In this document: in pieces, positions 10,425-23,500 of the stretch | How positions within the stretch are numbered: the first letter of the stretch is position 1 | Layout: each line of letters starts with the position of its first letter | NCBI GenBank assembly: GCA_002269645.1 | Contig: NIVC01003039.1 | Coordinates: 59,683-123,682 of the forward strand | DNA from: Macrostomum lignano | Lineage: Eukaryota | Length of the DNA: 64,000 bases | Direction of reading: 5' to 3' | Position numbers and translations under genes: made by a program | The notes under the pieces: generated by a model | Seen by the model: only the letters and a program-made list of their open reading frames with translations | Database searches by the model: none | What the model was told of the DNA's origin: nothing

Positions 10425-13400
10425 TTATGCGATTTGCGTTATCAGAGGACGCCACGGCCTGAAAACAGGGAGGATGAAAGTAAAGCCATTATTTATTAAT
10501 AAAAAATCAAAACATATAAGTTTTATATAGTCTTTTTTGCCGATATGTAGCGCAAAAAAAGAATTTTACGCTAAAATACAGATTTTTTGGGTTGCAAGAA
10601 TGACAGACACAAAGCAAAGATTCAGAACGGGATGACAGACTGAATCAAGCCCATTTCCTAGCACACCTGTTTGCACACCTGGCACTCACAGAGCTCATAT
10701 CCTAGCACACCTGGCACTCACAGAACTCATATCCTAGCACACCTGGAACTTACAGAGCTCATATCCTAGCACACCTGGCACTCACAGAGCTCATATCCTA
10801 GCACACCTGGCACTCACAGAACTCATATCCTAGCACACCTGGAACTTACAGAGCTCATATCCTAGCACACTTGGCACTCACAGAGCTCATATCCTAGCAC
10901 ACCTGGAACTCACAGAACTCATATCCTAGCACACCTGGAACTTACAGAGCTCATATCCTAGCACACCTGGAACTCACAGAACTCATATCCTAGCACACCT
11001 GGCACTCACAGAGCTCATATCCTAGCACACCTGGAACTTACAGAGCTCATATCCTAGCACACCTGGAACTCACAGAACTCATATCCTAGCACACCTGGCA
11101 CTCACAGAGCTCATATCCTAGCACACCTGGCACTCACAGAGCTCATATCCTAGCATACCTGGAACTCACAGAGCTCATATCCTAGCACACCTGGAACTTA
11201 CAGAGCTCATATCCTAGCACACCTGGCACTCACAGAGCTCATATCCTAGCACACCTGGCACTCACAGAGCTCAAATCCTAGCACACCTGGCACTCACAGA
11301 GCTCATATCCTAGCACACCTGGAACTTACAGAGCTCATATCCTAGCACACCTGGAACTCACAGAACTCATATCCTAGCACACCTGGAACTTACAGAGCTC
11401 ATATCCTAGCACACCTGGAACTCACAGAACTCATATCCTAGCACACCTGGCACTCACAGAGCTCATATCCTAGCACACCTGGAACTTACAGAGCTCATAT
11501 CCTAGCACACCTGGAACTCACAGAACTCATATCCTAGCACACCTGGCACTCACAGAGCTCATATCCTAGCACACCTGGCACTCACAGAGCTCATATCCTA
11601 GCATACCTGGAACTCACAGAGCTCATATCCTAGCACACCTGGAACTTACAGAGCTCATATCCTAGCACACCTGGCACTCACAGAGCTCATATCCTAGCAC
11701 ACCTGGCACTCACAGAGCTCAAATCCTAGCACACCTGGCACTCACAGAGCTCATATCCTAGCACACCTGGAACTTACAGAGCTCATATCCTAGCACACCT
11801 GGAACTCACAGAGCTCATATCCTAGCACACCTGGCACTCACAGAGCTCATATCCTAGCACACCTGGAACTCACAGAGCTCATATCCTAGCACACCTGGCA
11901 CTCACAGAACTCATATCCTAGCACACCTGGATCTCACAGAGCTCATATCCTAGCACACCTGGAACTTACAGAGCTCATATCCTAGCACACCTGGAACTCA
12001 CAGAACTCATATCCTAGCACACCTGGAACTTACAGAGCTCATATCCTAGCACACCTGGAACTCACAGAACTCATATCCTAGCACACCTGGCACTCACAGA
12101 GCTCATATCCTAGCACACCTGGAACTCACAGAACTCATATCCTAGCACACCTGGATCTCACAGAGCTCATATCCTAGCACACCTGGAACTCACAGAGCTC
12201 ATATCCTAGCACACCTGGAACTCACAGAACTCATATCCTAGCACACCTGGCACTCACAGAGCTCATATCCTAGCACACCTGGAACTTACAGAGCTCATAT
12301 CCTAGCACACCTGGAACTCACAGAGCTCATATCCTAGCACACCTGGAACTTACAGAGCTCATATCCTAGCACACCTGGAACTCACAGAGCTCATATCCTA
12401 GCACACCTGGCACTCACAGAACTCATATCCTAGCACACCTGGCACTCACAGAGCTCATATCCTAGCACACCTGGAACTTACAGAGCTCATATCCTAGCAC
12501 ACCTGGAACTCACAGAGTTCATATCCTAGCACACCTGGAACTCACAGAGCTCATATCCTAGCACACCTGGAACTCACAGAGCTCATATCCTAGCACACCT
12601 GGCACTCACAGAGCTCATATCCTAGCACACCTGGAACTCACAGAGCTCATATCCTAGCACACCTGGAACTCACAGAGCTATACGCACAGCCAGTATTGTC
12701 CATAGTCTGGCACTGTATACCTAAATTTGACTAAAAAGTTTGTGCACAGCAAAACCAGTTGCATTTCTGAGAGCAATTAAAAGTAACTGGAAACTTCAAA
12801 GGCAAAGAGTGCACCGAAGACGGATAGAAAGAAGTCACTGTCTAATTGAAAATCTAATAGAGAAAAACAGTTACCTGTTGCTGGTGTGTAAAAGTGCGTC
12901 TAAACTGGTTTGGGGTGACTCGGCGTTTATTTTCAACGAAGCGATGAATAGAAATAAGTACCTATAATAGACAAAACGTATCTACTAGTTGGTTTCTGAG
13001 CATTAAACTCCTAACGATATGAGCGGACACTGAAAGCATGGGTTAATTAATAAATATGTTATTGGATTAAAAAAGCACCGAAACTCAACAATTATATTAT
13101 TAGTTAGTACTATTAGTAGCTACGAGCATAAAAGCAAAACAAAAAACAGTAAGTTTGATTAATTTTCCATTAAACTTTTCAGTCTAAACCAAAGATACTA
13201 AAATAACAAAAATATTTGCGTGTAAGCTACTTTCAGTTCAGTAGCAAGCTTACGAAAAGTAAGCATTTTAATGTTTTTTTATAGCCAAAAGGCTCATTTA
13301 TTGGCTCTTACCCCCCCCCCGCTTCGCCCAAGTTTTATTGCCTTTCTCAGAATTCTAACCTAAAGTTGCCATGTACATTTCAGTGGACTGGCTAATGTAG

Positions 13401-16400
13401 ATTATTGTTGTTTAGCGAGTCGTTTACGCCTGCAAGCTTGGGCTTCTAAACTTGTTAAAGTCATTGCAGCTGCCTTTATTTCTATAGAATAGCTTATGTA
13501 TTTTTCTTTGCTACTGATCAGAAAGTAGAAAGCAGTTTTACTAAGTAAGTGGTCGGTCCATCTAGTTATTTTAGTATCTGTGGTCTAAACTATTTCTGTT
13601 TAAATTTGGCAATGTTTAAAAATATATTATAATCAGCTTACTAACAGTAGGCGGTACGTAAATCAAATGATTAATAAACATTTAAAAACTAATGGTGCCA
13701 ACAAAACAGCATCAAATTAAATGCAACAGCTATGAAAAGCACTTACCGAGAATGCTCAAAGGCATAATCAGCTTCATTAAAGGAAGCTGTGACGCAATTC
13801 GACCAACGATCCAATACCAGTCCAACAGATAAATGACTCAAATCAAAATAAGAAGTAGAATGAAACAGTATGTTCATGTACACCACTATGTATTCGGAGG
13901 CGGCAAAATAGGTGTACACTGAAATTTTTGCAGAAAAATAATTGCCTTTGTTGACACTAAAAATTTATCTAAAACGATTTTAGTTTAAAAAACTGATAAT
14001 AAATCCGCTTACTAAGCCGTTCGCACAGCGCCTGATGTCGCATATAAAAGTACACAGCCAGAGCCGTGCTCAGACAGTAAACGCCAAAGCTGATCAACTT
14101 GATATAAAACGACTGCGGACATGAATTCGTGACAAATTTGATATATTTAGGCTTAGTCTGTTGACAGCAACTGTGAAATCCGAATTGCTTTTCTCTTATC
14201 TACCCTCTGCCTGTCTCTCCCCTACCCTCTGCCTGTCTCTCCCCTACCCTCTGCCTGTCTCTCCCCTACCCTCTGCCTGTCTCTCCCCTACCCTCTGCCT
14301 GTCTCTACCCTACCCTCTGCCTGTCTCTCCCCTACCCTCTGCCTGTCTCTCCCCTACCCTCTGCCTGTCTCTCCCCTACCCTCTGCCTGTCTCTCCCCTA
14401 CCCTCTGCCTGTCTCTCCCCTACCCTCTGCCTGTCTCTCCCCTACCTTCTGCCTGTCTCTACCCTACCTCTCTGCCTGTCTCTTCCCTACCTCTCTGCCT
14501 GTCTCTCTACTCTCTGTCTCTCCCCTACCCCTGCCTGTCTCTCCCTTATTATCTGCCTATCTCTTCCCTACCATCCGCCTGTCTCTATTTCACCCGCTGC
14601 CTGGGCTACAAAAGTACAATTAGCACGCGGCCGAAGCACGCAGACGCACTCGAGTGGAAATCAGCTGTCGATCTGTCAGCTTCTGTCGACTCCGCAGTCG
14701 GCAGCAGACTCTCAAGTGCAGCAGCATGTACACAGATGAAGATATCAGGAATATGGCGAAACAGTTGCGATGGATGGCTGAAATGAGCATATGGCAGGAG
14801 AATAGTTAATCCGAGGTACTGCCGAAAGGACTGAAGCTTAAGGACCTCAATTGGGGCAGCACTATGGCTAGTGGGCACCAAAGGACACACACGGGCAACA
14901 AAGGACACACACCGTTGCTTCTAACGGACACATGGGTTATCTCCAAAGGACACACAGAGGCCATCAATAGACACATTCGAAAGCCATCAATAGACGCATT
15001 CAGAAGCCATCAATAGACGCATTCAGAAGCCATCAATAGACACATTCAGAAGCCATCAATAGACACATTCAAAAGCCATCAATAGACGCATTCAGAAGCC
15101 ATCAATAGACACATTCAAAAGCCATCAATAGACGCATTCAGAAGCCATCAATAGACGCATTCAGAAGCCATCAATAGACACATTCAGAAGCCTTCAATAG
15201 ACGCATTCAGAAGCCATCAATAGACACATTCAGAAGCCATCAATAGACACATTCAGAAGCCATCAATAGACGCATTCAGAAGCCATCAATAGACACATTC
15301 AGAAGCCAGCAAAAGACACCTGCAGAGGCCATCAAAAGACACATGCAGAGGCCATCAAAAGACACCTGCAGAGGCCATCAAAAGATACCTGCAGAGGCCA
15401 TCAAAAGACACCTGCAGAGGCCATCAAAAGATACCTGCAGAGGCCATCAAAAGACACCTGCAGAGGCCATCAAAAGACACCTGCAGAGGCCATCAAAAGA
15501 CACCTGCAGAGGCCATCAAAAGACACCTGCAGAGGCCATCAAAAGACACCTGCAGAGGCCATCAAAAGATACCTGCAGAGGCCATCAAAAGACACCTGCA
15601 GAGGCCATCAAAAGATACCTGCAGAGGCCATCAAAAGACACCTGCAGAGGCCATCAAAAGACACCTGCAGAGGCCATCAAAAGACACCTGCAGAGGCCAT
15701 CAAAAGACACATGCAGAGGCCATCAAAAGACACCTGTAGAGGACACAAGGACACCAAGTTATGAAACTCACGAAAATTATCAGACGAAGACACAACAGAC
15801 AGGCCGAACAGAGCGGCCAATTCCAAGCAGTTGACAGCAAAATGACCGCCAGTCAAACAGCAGTCCTGGTCGCGCCGGAGGCGGCCGCGAATTTCCTGAT
15901 AATAGGCCATGGCCAGGATGAGTCGAAGGGCGCAGCTAACGGTGAGGAACAGGGACCAGATCTGCTTCTCGGGCCTGGTCTCACCGACTGCAGCGCTGAT
16001 TGATGGCAGGTAATTGGCGGTCTGTAATTGGCAGTAATCAGTCAGCTGCGATAGTAGATAGATATGCAATCAACGATAGCTTATTAAGTTATTACATATG
16101 AAAACTGCGACATGTCAAATAACAAAAACGGCATATCTAAGATTATTTAAATATCGATATTAATCATCTACAGATCGATTATTCTTTACTGACTGATAAT
16201 CAGCTACTTATCGATAATCAGCTACCTACCGATAATAATCTACGTATCGATAATTAGCTTTATATCGATGATCAGCAACATGTCGATAATTATATACACA
16301 TAAATAATTAGCTACATATTGATTAATTATCGATTTTTTTTCGAAAAATTTTACATATTGATCAGCTACATATCGATTATCAGCTACATATAGATTATCA

Positions 16401-16677
16401 GCTACATATCGATTATCAGCTACATTAATATTAAGTATAAAAACAAATTTGGCACAGAAACCCTACAATAATCGGCTAAAGTTTTAACAAAGTTAAAAAA
16501 GCATACAACTACGGTTCTCCTAACCAACTGACAGTCAATAGAAATAAATCTCACCTGACAGTGCGTGGCCAAACTGTGATCCGAGTGATAAGCAACCGAG
16601 TAGGTGACACAGATTGCCAAAGCCGATGCGGGCAGAACAACTGATAGAGCTGATACCTGGCTAACACTGTAAGACAT
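10425..16677 (-). CDS. PGAP2: Post-GPI attachment to proteins factor 2 (PGAP2/FRAG1; Frag1/DRAM/Sfk1 family), about 268 aa
   Basis: Exons 16677-16555, 16021-15772, 14777-14650, 14112-14013, 13918-13747, 10458-10425 (807 nt, GT-AG, phases 0/1/0/1/2). Translation includes ATHCQ|TANYLPSISAAVGE..VNCLELAALFGLSVVSSSDNF|PIHRNCFAIFLISS..|SFYIKL..YFYMRHQALCE..|MYTYFAASEYIVVYMNILFH, matching PGAP2 motifs (THC..NYLPS, SSSEDF.IHE, YT.FA..EY..V..N..FH). The last exon is the least certain. Confidence 0.9.
10656..12680. repeat. 32-bp minisatellite (CCTAGCACACCTGGAACTCACAGAGCTCATAT) in the last PGAP2 intron
   Basis: Period 32, about 63 copies. Rare variants recur 448 bp apart. Confidence 0.97.
14200..14580. 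repeat. 22-bp pyrimidine-rich minisatellite (CCCTACCCTCTGCCTGTCTCTC) in PGAP2 intron 3
   Basis: Period 22, degenerating toward the right end. Confidence 0.92.
14960..15740. repeat. 23-bp two-phase minisatellite in PGAP2 intron 2
   Basis: GCCATCAATAGACACATTCAGAA up to about 15305, then GCCATCAAAAGACACCTGCAGAG. Confidence 0.95.
16190..16425. repeat. Degenerate ~19-bp repeat (ATCAGCTACATATCGATT) in PGAP2 intron 1
   Basis: Clear copies at 16358-16425, degenerate copies further left. Confidence 0.7.
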
Positions 16678-16875
16678 TTTTCAATTATTTATCCAATGCT
16701 TTTCAATGCCTAACAGTAATATAATAGAATTTGCGTCTCCGAGTAGCGAACGCAACTGAGGCATGAAAGCAGGAAAATTAATTAAAAAATGGATGGTTAC
16801 TTGCTAGGCTCATTCAGAACCTGTTTTGGAATTATCATTAGATAATACCTTTAATAAAAGTGCACATTCAGAGTA

Positions 16876-17520
16876 GGCCAAGTGTGCATTGAGACAGAGA
16901 TGGGGTGGTGGGTGGGCTAAGACTAACCTTGAGTGGATTCGAATGGCCAAGTGTACATAGAGACGGAGACGGGGTGGTGGTGGCTGAGGCAGGTTTCAAT
17001 AGACCAGTTTAGAATGGCCAAGTGTATATTGAGACGGGAATGGGGTGGTGGGTGGGCTAAGACTAACCTTGAGTGGATTCGAATTGCCAAGTGTACATAG
17101 AGACGGAGATGGGGTGGTGGGTGGCTGAGGCAGGGGTTCAATGGATCGGTTTAGAATGGCCAAGTGTATATTGAGACGGGAATGGGGTGGTGGGTGGGCT
17201 AAGACTAACCTTAAGTGGATTCGAATGGCCAAGTGTACATAGAGACGGAGATGGGGTGGTGGGTGGCTGAGGCAGGGGTTCAATGGATCGGTTTAGAATA
17301 GCCAAGTGTAGATTCAGACGGAGATGGGGTGGTGGGTGGGCTGAGGATGAGGTGAAGTGGGTTTAGATCATAGCCAAGTGTACATTGAGATGAGAATGGT
17401 GTGGTGGGTGGTTGAGGCAGGGGTTCAATGGACCGGTTTAGAATAACCAAGTGTACATTGAGACGGTAATGGGGTAATTGGTGGCTGAGGCGGGGTGATT
17501 GGACCGGTTTAGAATGGCTA
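16876..17520. repeat. ~140-bp tandem repeat built from two related ~70-bp subunits, upstream of PGAP2
   Basis: GTGGGCTAAGACTAACCTT recurs at about 16913, 17053 and 17195. Each subunit carries CCAAGTGTA..GAGACGG..ATGGGGTGGTGGGTGG. Confidence 0.88.
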
Positions 17521-19299
17521 CTGTGCGGCGGGCATCACTAAATTTATTGAAATGAAAATGCTAGTCGTTGTTTCTGATAAACTAGCAAATATTAGCGACA
17601 AATGTTAATTAAACAAAAACTCAGCAATGCAATAAGACGAAACGCTCAAAGGCCATGAAAAAGCGACGAATTGGCAGCGATGAGCAACTGAAAATTGTTT
17701 ATATTATTATATTAAATATATGAATATTATTTGGTAAAACTTTGTTCGTACAATCAATGAATGTTTCAATAAATGATGGAGACAAAACAGTAAAATAATT
17801 TATACTACTTATATTTAAAAGAATCATACACGCACACACTGTGCTGCAAGTCTGACTGCAATTTTAAAAAATTACTAGTGTCTACAGGTACAGGTAAAAC
17901 AGACAAACGAATGGACAAAACGTACTTTAATAAAAATTATAAGCATGAGCACGCGCATGATCAAGAAGCTCAAGGTAAGTTTCAAATACTAGAAACTGTT
18001 TTTCCATCAAATCTGAGAAGGAGTGTTTATTAAAATTGAGAAAATTCCATCTTAAAACCACAGTTCAAAGATAGACGTATAGAGATGAAACCTGAACAAA
18101 CACAAGCGACTACTGACTAGATAGAGTGCGGATGAGATTCCATAATGAACACTACCGTAAATACAGGTAAAAATGGATAAGAGAAGAAAGTACTTTTGCC
18201 AGATCGCAGACCTGTTAAAACCCAAATCAATCAATCACCAACAACCATTTGAATTTCGGTTTATAATAGACAAAATATAAATAGCTATTGCGCTAAACTG
18301 TGTACTTTAAGTAGGCAGGATGGAATACAGAAGCGGAAAAAACACTCACCATAGATAAAAGGAAAAGAGGTAAAGCTTTTCAATTTATTACTAGTAAGTA
18401 GCATGTGTACAGAGATTACTGAAACACCCGAGTGTGAAAACTAAGCAGGTAAATCAACTGCTTATTGAGAATAGCTAAGAAAGAGTAGGTCATTAGAGCT
18501 GATTAGTGAAATTAATAAATAAATGGCGCCTTGGCTTCTCAGTAATACAATTAGCCAATCAATCATTTTAGTACGTTTAATTAGTTAAAGCACCGATGCT
18601 TAGAAAGCTTCAGAGAAGGCGAGTCACACTACTTAGCTACCGAGCAGGAAAGTAGCATATTCCAATTTTAAAAAACGATTATTAAAGTACAGTATACCGC
18701 AAGCTAAAAAACACACTAATTTGAAGAGTTTATTTCGCAATGCGCATGAAACATGAAGCATATTTAAAAAATATCAAAAGTGCATTTAGAAGCAGCAGAA
18801 ACATGTGTACGACAGTAAGTGTGCTCGTACGAGGTCAGAGCGAAATGATTCGTGCCAGGTTTAACAATAACAGATGCTGTGCATTGGGCTACGGCTGCAT
18901 ATTAGTATTTTAGTTTACACATTCGTAATGAAAATAAAATTCATTTGCAAAGCGAAATATGCCCGCGTGTGTTCTGAGTTTAGCACTGAAAAACAAAAGC
19001 AAGCAGGCCTACATTGGTAAAAAAAAGCAATCGTTTATATAACAAAACAATATTGGGAAAGCAACAACAACGTGGAAAACCAAGTTACAAGTATATAAGT
19101 AAAGGTCAATTTTCACATCAAAGCTTAATAGCTTCTTTTTATATTGATCTACGAGTATATTTTTACCACAGTAAATATTTCTTATTTTCATTTCTATTTT
19201 TATAGATAACTACCTGTGTTTTAGCTATTACCTTTAAATATGAAAGTCCTAATAACTTATCAATAGCTCTATCTGTGAGTAGGTCATAATTATCACTAT

Positions 19300-20465
19300 T
19301 TTATAGCTTCACATGTGGACAGGCCATAATTATCACCAATTTTATAGCTCCACCTGTGAGCAGGCCATAATTATCACCAATTTTATAGCTCCACCTGTGG
19401 ACAGGCCATATAATCACCAATTTTATAACCCCAGCTGTGGACAGGCCATAATTATTACCTATTTTATAGCTCCACCCGTGAGCAGGCCATAATTATTACC
19501 TATTTTATAGCTCCACCCGTGAGCAGGCCATAATTATTACCTATTTTATAGCTCCACCTGTGAGCAGGCCATAATTATCACCAATTTTATAGCTCCACCC
19601 GTGAGCAGGCCATAATTATCACCTATTTTATAACCCCAGCTGTGGACAGGCCATAATTATCACCTATTTTATAGCTCCACCCGTGAGCAGGCCATAATTA
19701 TCACCTATTTTATAGCTCCACCCGTGAGCAGGCCATAATTATCACCTATTTTATAACCCCAGCTGTGGACAGGCCATAATTATCACCTATTTTATAGCTC
19801 CACCCGTGAGCAGGCCATAATTATCACCTATTTTATAGCTCCACCCGTGAGCAGGCCATAATTATCACCTATTTTATAACCCCAGCTGTGGACAGGCCAT
19901 AATTATCACCTATTTTATAGCTCCACCCGTGAGCAGGCCATAATTATCACCTATTTTATAGCTCCACCCGTGAGCAGGCCATAATTATCACCTATTTTAT
20001 AACCCCAGCTGTGGACAGGCCATAATTATCACCTATTTTATAGCTCCACCCGTGAGCAGGCCATAATTATCACCTATTTTATAGCTCCACCCGTGAGCAG
20101 GCCATAATTATCACCTATTTTATAGCTCCACCCGTGAGCAGGCCATAATTATCACCTATTTTATAGCTCCACCCGTGAGCAGGCCATAATTATCACCAAT
20201 TTTATAGCTCCACCTGTGAGCAGGCCATAATTATTACCTATTTTATAGCTCCACCTGTGGACAGGCCACAATTATCACCAATTTTATAGCTTTACCTGTG
20301 AGCAGACCATAATTATCATCAATTTTATAGCTCCACCTGTGGACAGGCCATAATTATCACCAATTTTATAGCTTTACCTGTGAGCAGGCCATAATTATCA
20401 CTAATTTTATAGCTTCACCTGTGAGCAGGCCATAATTATCACCAATTTTATTGCTCCACCTGCGG
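19300..20465. repeat. 41-bp minisatellite (ATAATTATCACCTATTTTATAGCTCCACCCGTGAGCAGGCC) just downstream of the MCT stop codon
   Basis: Period 41. The variant TAACCCCAGCTGTGGACAGG recurs every 123 bp from 19631 to 20000. Confidence 0.95.
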
Positions 20466-20521
20466 GTAACAAACAAACAAACAATAAAAAATATAAATCC
20501 GATGAGCCCCTCGACCGCAGC

Positions 20522-23500
20522 TCAGATTCGGCTCTCGAACTCGGCCTCCGCAGTTTCCTGCTCGTCAGAAGCAGCAGCAGCAGCCGCTGTCGAAGACGCG
20601 CCGGCAGCGGCAGCGGCAGCGGCAGGGAACTGATCCTGATAAGTTGGCAGCTCGACAGCCGACTGAGCGGCAGTGGCCGGCGCCATCTGCGGAGTCTGCG
20701 GCGCCGAAAATTCGAAAGTATCCCCGCCGATGGCCAGCATAGGCAGCTGGCGACTGCCGATGGCGGAAGCTACGCCGGAACCACCGCCGCTGCCAGACGT
20801 AGCCGTCCGTTGTCGGTTCCGACCGCGGCTCCTACGCAGCTCTTCGCGCCGCTCCTCCCACTGGCTGAGGCGGCGAAGCGGCACGCCGAGCAGGCCGGAC
20901 AGAATCAGAAAGCAGCCGGCCAGGTAGAAGCTCAGCGAATAGTTCGGCGTCGGATCCAGCTGGTCGATCGCCGAGCCGAGCGGCGGTCCGACAACGATGC
21001 CGACGCCTTGGAACAGCAGCAGCAGGCCGTAGGCATTGGTCAGGCGGTCCAGGCCCATCAGCTCCACCACCAGGATGGTGCGCAGCGACACCCAGGCAGC
21101 TGTAAGAAAATTTGAAGAGTTGCAAAAAAATTATGCAATGATAATTTGAGGCATTTTTAATACCCGGTTTCGTTTCCATGCGCAGCCGAATTCACCTGGG
21201 GCTTAGTGCACGTAATTGGGGGCTGATAAAGTATGTCAGACTGTCCAATTTTCATCGATCAAAGTATATCAGACTGTCTAATGTTCATCTATCAAAGTAC
21301 GTCAGACTGTCTAATGTTCATCTATCAAAGTATGTCAGACTGTCTAATGTTCATCTATCAAAGTATGTCAGACTGTCTAATGTTCATCTATCAAAGTATG
21401 TCAGACTGTCTAATGTTCATCTATCAAAGTATGTCAGACTGTCTAATGTTAATCTATCAAAGTATGTCAGACTGTCTAATGTTCATCTATCAAAGTATGT
21501 CAGACTGTCTAATGTTCATCTATCAAAGTATGTCAGACTGTCTAATGTTCATCCATAAAAGTATGTCAGACTGTCTAATGTACATCGATCAAAGTATGTC
21601 AGACTGTCTAATGTACATCTATAAAAGTATGTCAGACTATCTGATGTACATCTATCAAAGTATGCCAGGCTGTCTAATATTCACCGATCAAAGTATGTTA
21701 GATTTTTCTGTTTATCAAGGTAAGCTATCATGTTGTCTAATATTTAATATATTCCAAGACACCCGCAAAATAGTATGCCAATAGTATGTCATTCAATCAA
21801 GCCGCACTGAGAAGAGCATGCACAGATACGCACCGATAAATAGTCCGTAGCAACAGGCGCAACCAATCATTGGCTCCAATGTGTGACAGAACGGAATGAA
21901 AGCCGTGGCCAGACCGGCGCCAATCAGTGCCAGGTTGTTTATCCACAGCGCGTCCGCCCAAGAGCGATCCGAGGCCCAGCCTGGAAATAATAGGGCGATG
22001 CTGGGATCTGGGACTTCAGGGACTGGCTACTTCTTGCTGGGATCTGGGACTTCAGGGACTGGCTGCTTCTCGCTGGGATCTGGGACTTCAAGTACTGGCT
22101 ACTTATTGCTGGGATCTGGGACTTCAGGACTGGCTGCTTCTTGCTGGGATCTGGGACTTCAGGGACTGGCTGCTTCTTGCTGGGATCTGGGACTTCAGGG
22201 ACTGGCTACTTCTGGGACTTGGGATCTTATATTTTAGGTACTTCACAATCTGATCTGAGCCCACCTGCAACGATTCGTCCGACAGTGTTCGCAACGCCAA
22301 TTAGCGTAACAAGTAGCGTAGCGTCGTTGTGCGGAATACCGCGTTTCATTGCGTAGCCCTTGATAAACTGGTAGAACTGAAGGAAGCCTGTGTTAAATAA
22401 GCGATAGTAGTATAGTATGAGTATGTTAGACTAGTCTGGGGAGTTGGAAGTACTTGAAATGGATAAGAAATATTCACAATAGATTCGAAATAGATTCGGA
22501 AATATTCGAAATAGATTTGGAAATATTCGGAATAGATTCGCAATAGATTCGAAATAGATTCGGAATAGATTCGGAATAGATTCGGAATAGATTCGCAATA
22601 GATTCGCAATATATTCGCAATAGATTCGGAATAAATTCGGAAATATTTGGAATAGATTCGCAATAGATTCGGAATAAATAGATTCGCAATAGATTCGGAA
22701 TAGATTCGGAAATATTCAGAATGGATTCGCAATAGATTCGGAATATATTCGGAATAGATTCGGAATGGATTCGGAATGGATTCGGAATAGATTCGCAAAA
22801 GATTCGGAATAGATTCGCAATAGATTCGAAATAGATTCGGAATAGATTCGGAATAGATTCGGAATAGATTCGGAATAGATTCGCAATAGATTCGCAATAT
22901 ATTCGCAATAGATTCGGAATAAATTCGGAAATATTTGGAATAGATTCGCAATAGATTCGGAATAAATAGATTCGCAATAGATTCGGAATAGATTCGCAAT
23001 AGATTCGGAATAGATTCGGAATATATTCGGAATAGATTCGGAATGGATTCGGAATAGATTCGCAAAAGATTCGGAATAGATTCGGAATAGATTCGGAAAT
23101 ATTCGGAATAGATTTGGAAATATTCGGAATAGATTCGGAATAGATTCGGAAATAGTCGGAATAGATTCGGAAATATTCGGAATAGATTCGGAAATATTCG
23201 GAATAGATTTGGAAATATTCGGAATAGATTCGGAAATATTCGGAATAGATTCGGAAATATTCGGAATAGATTTGGAAATATTCGGAATAGATTTGGAAAT
23301 ATTCGGAATAGATTCGCAATAGATTCGGAATATATTCGGAAAGATTCGGAATAGATTTGGAAACATTTGAAATTTCGAAATATCGAACATAGACCCTCCA
23401 ATCTCACCGAGCATAGTGAGCACGGAAGACACCAGCAGCAGACAGAATGTTGGAGACTTCAGTATTGACACATCCAGCATCTGCTTAATAGCGGACTTGG

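Noticed and set aside
22346-23407. Long RIYSESIPNLF ORFs and the apparent extension of ORF 22716..24230
   Set aside because: This is read-through into the 11-bp satellite after the GT donor at 23407. The true MCT exon is 24206-23408.
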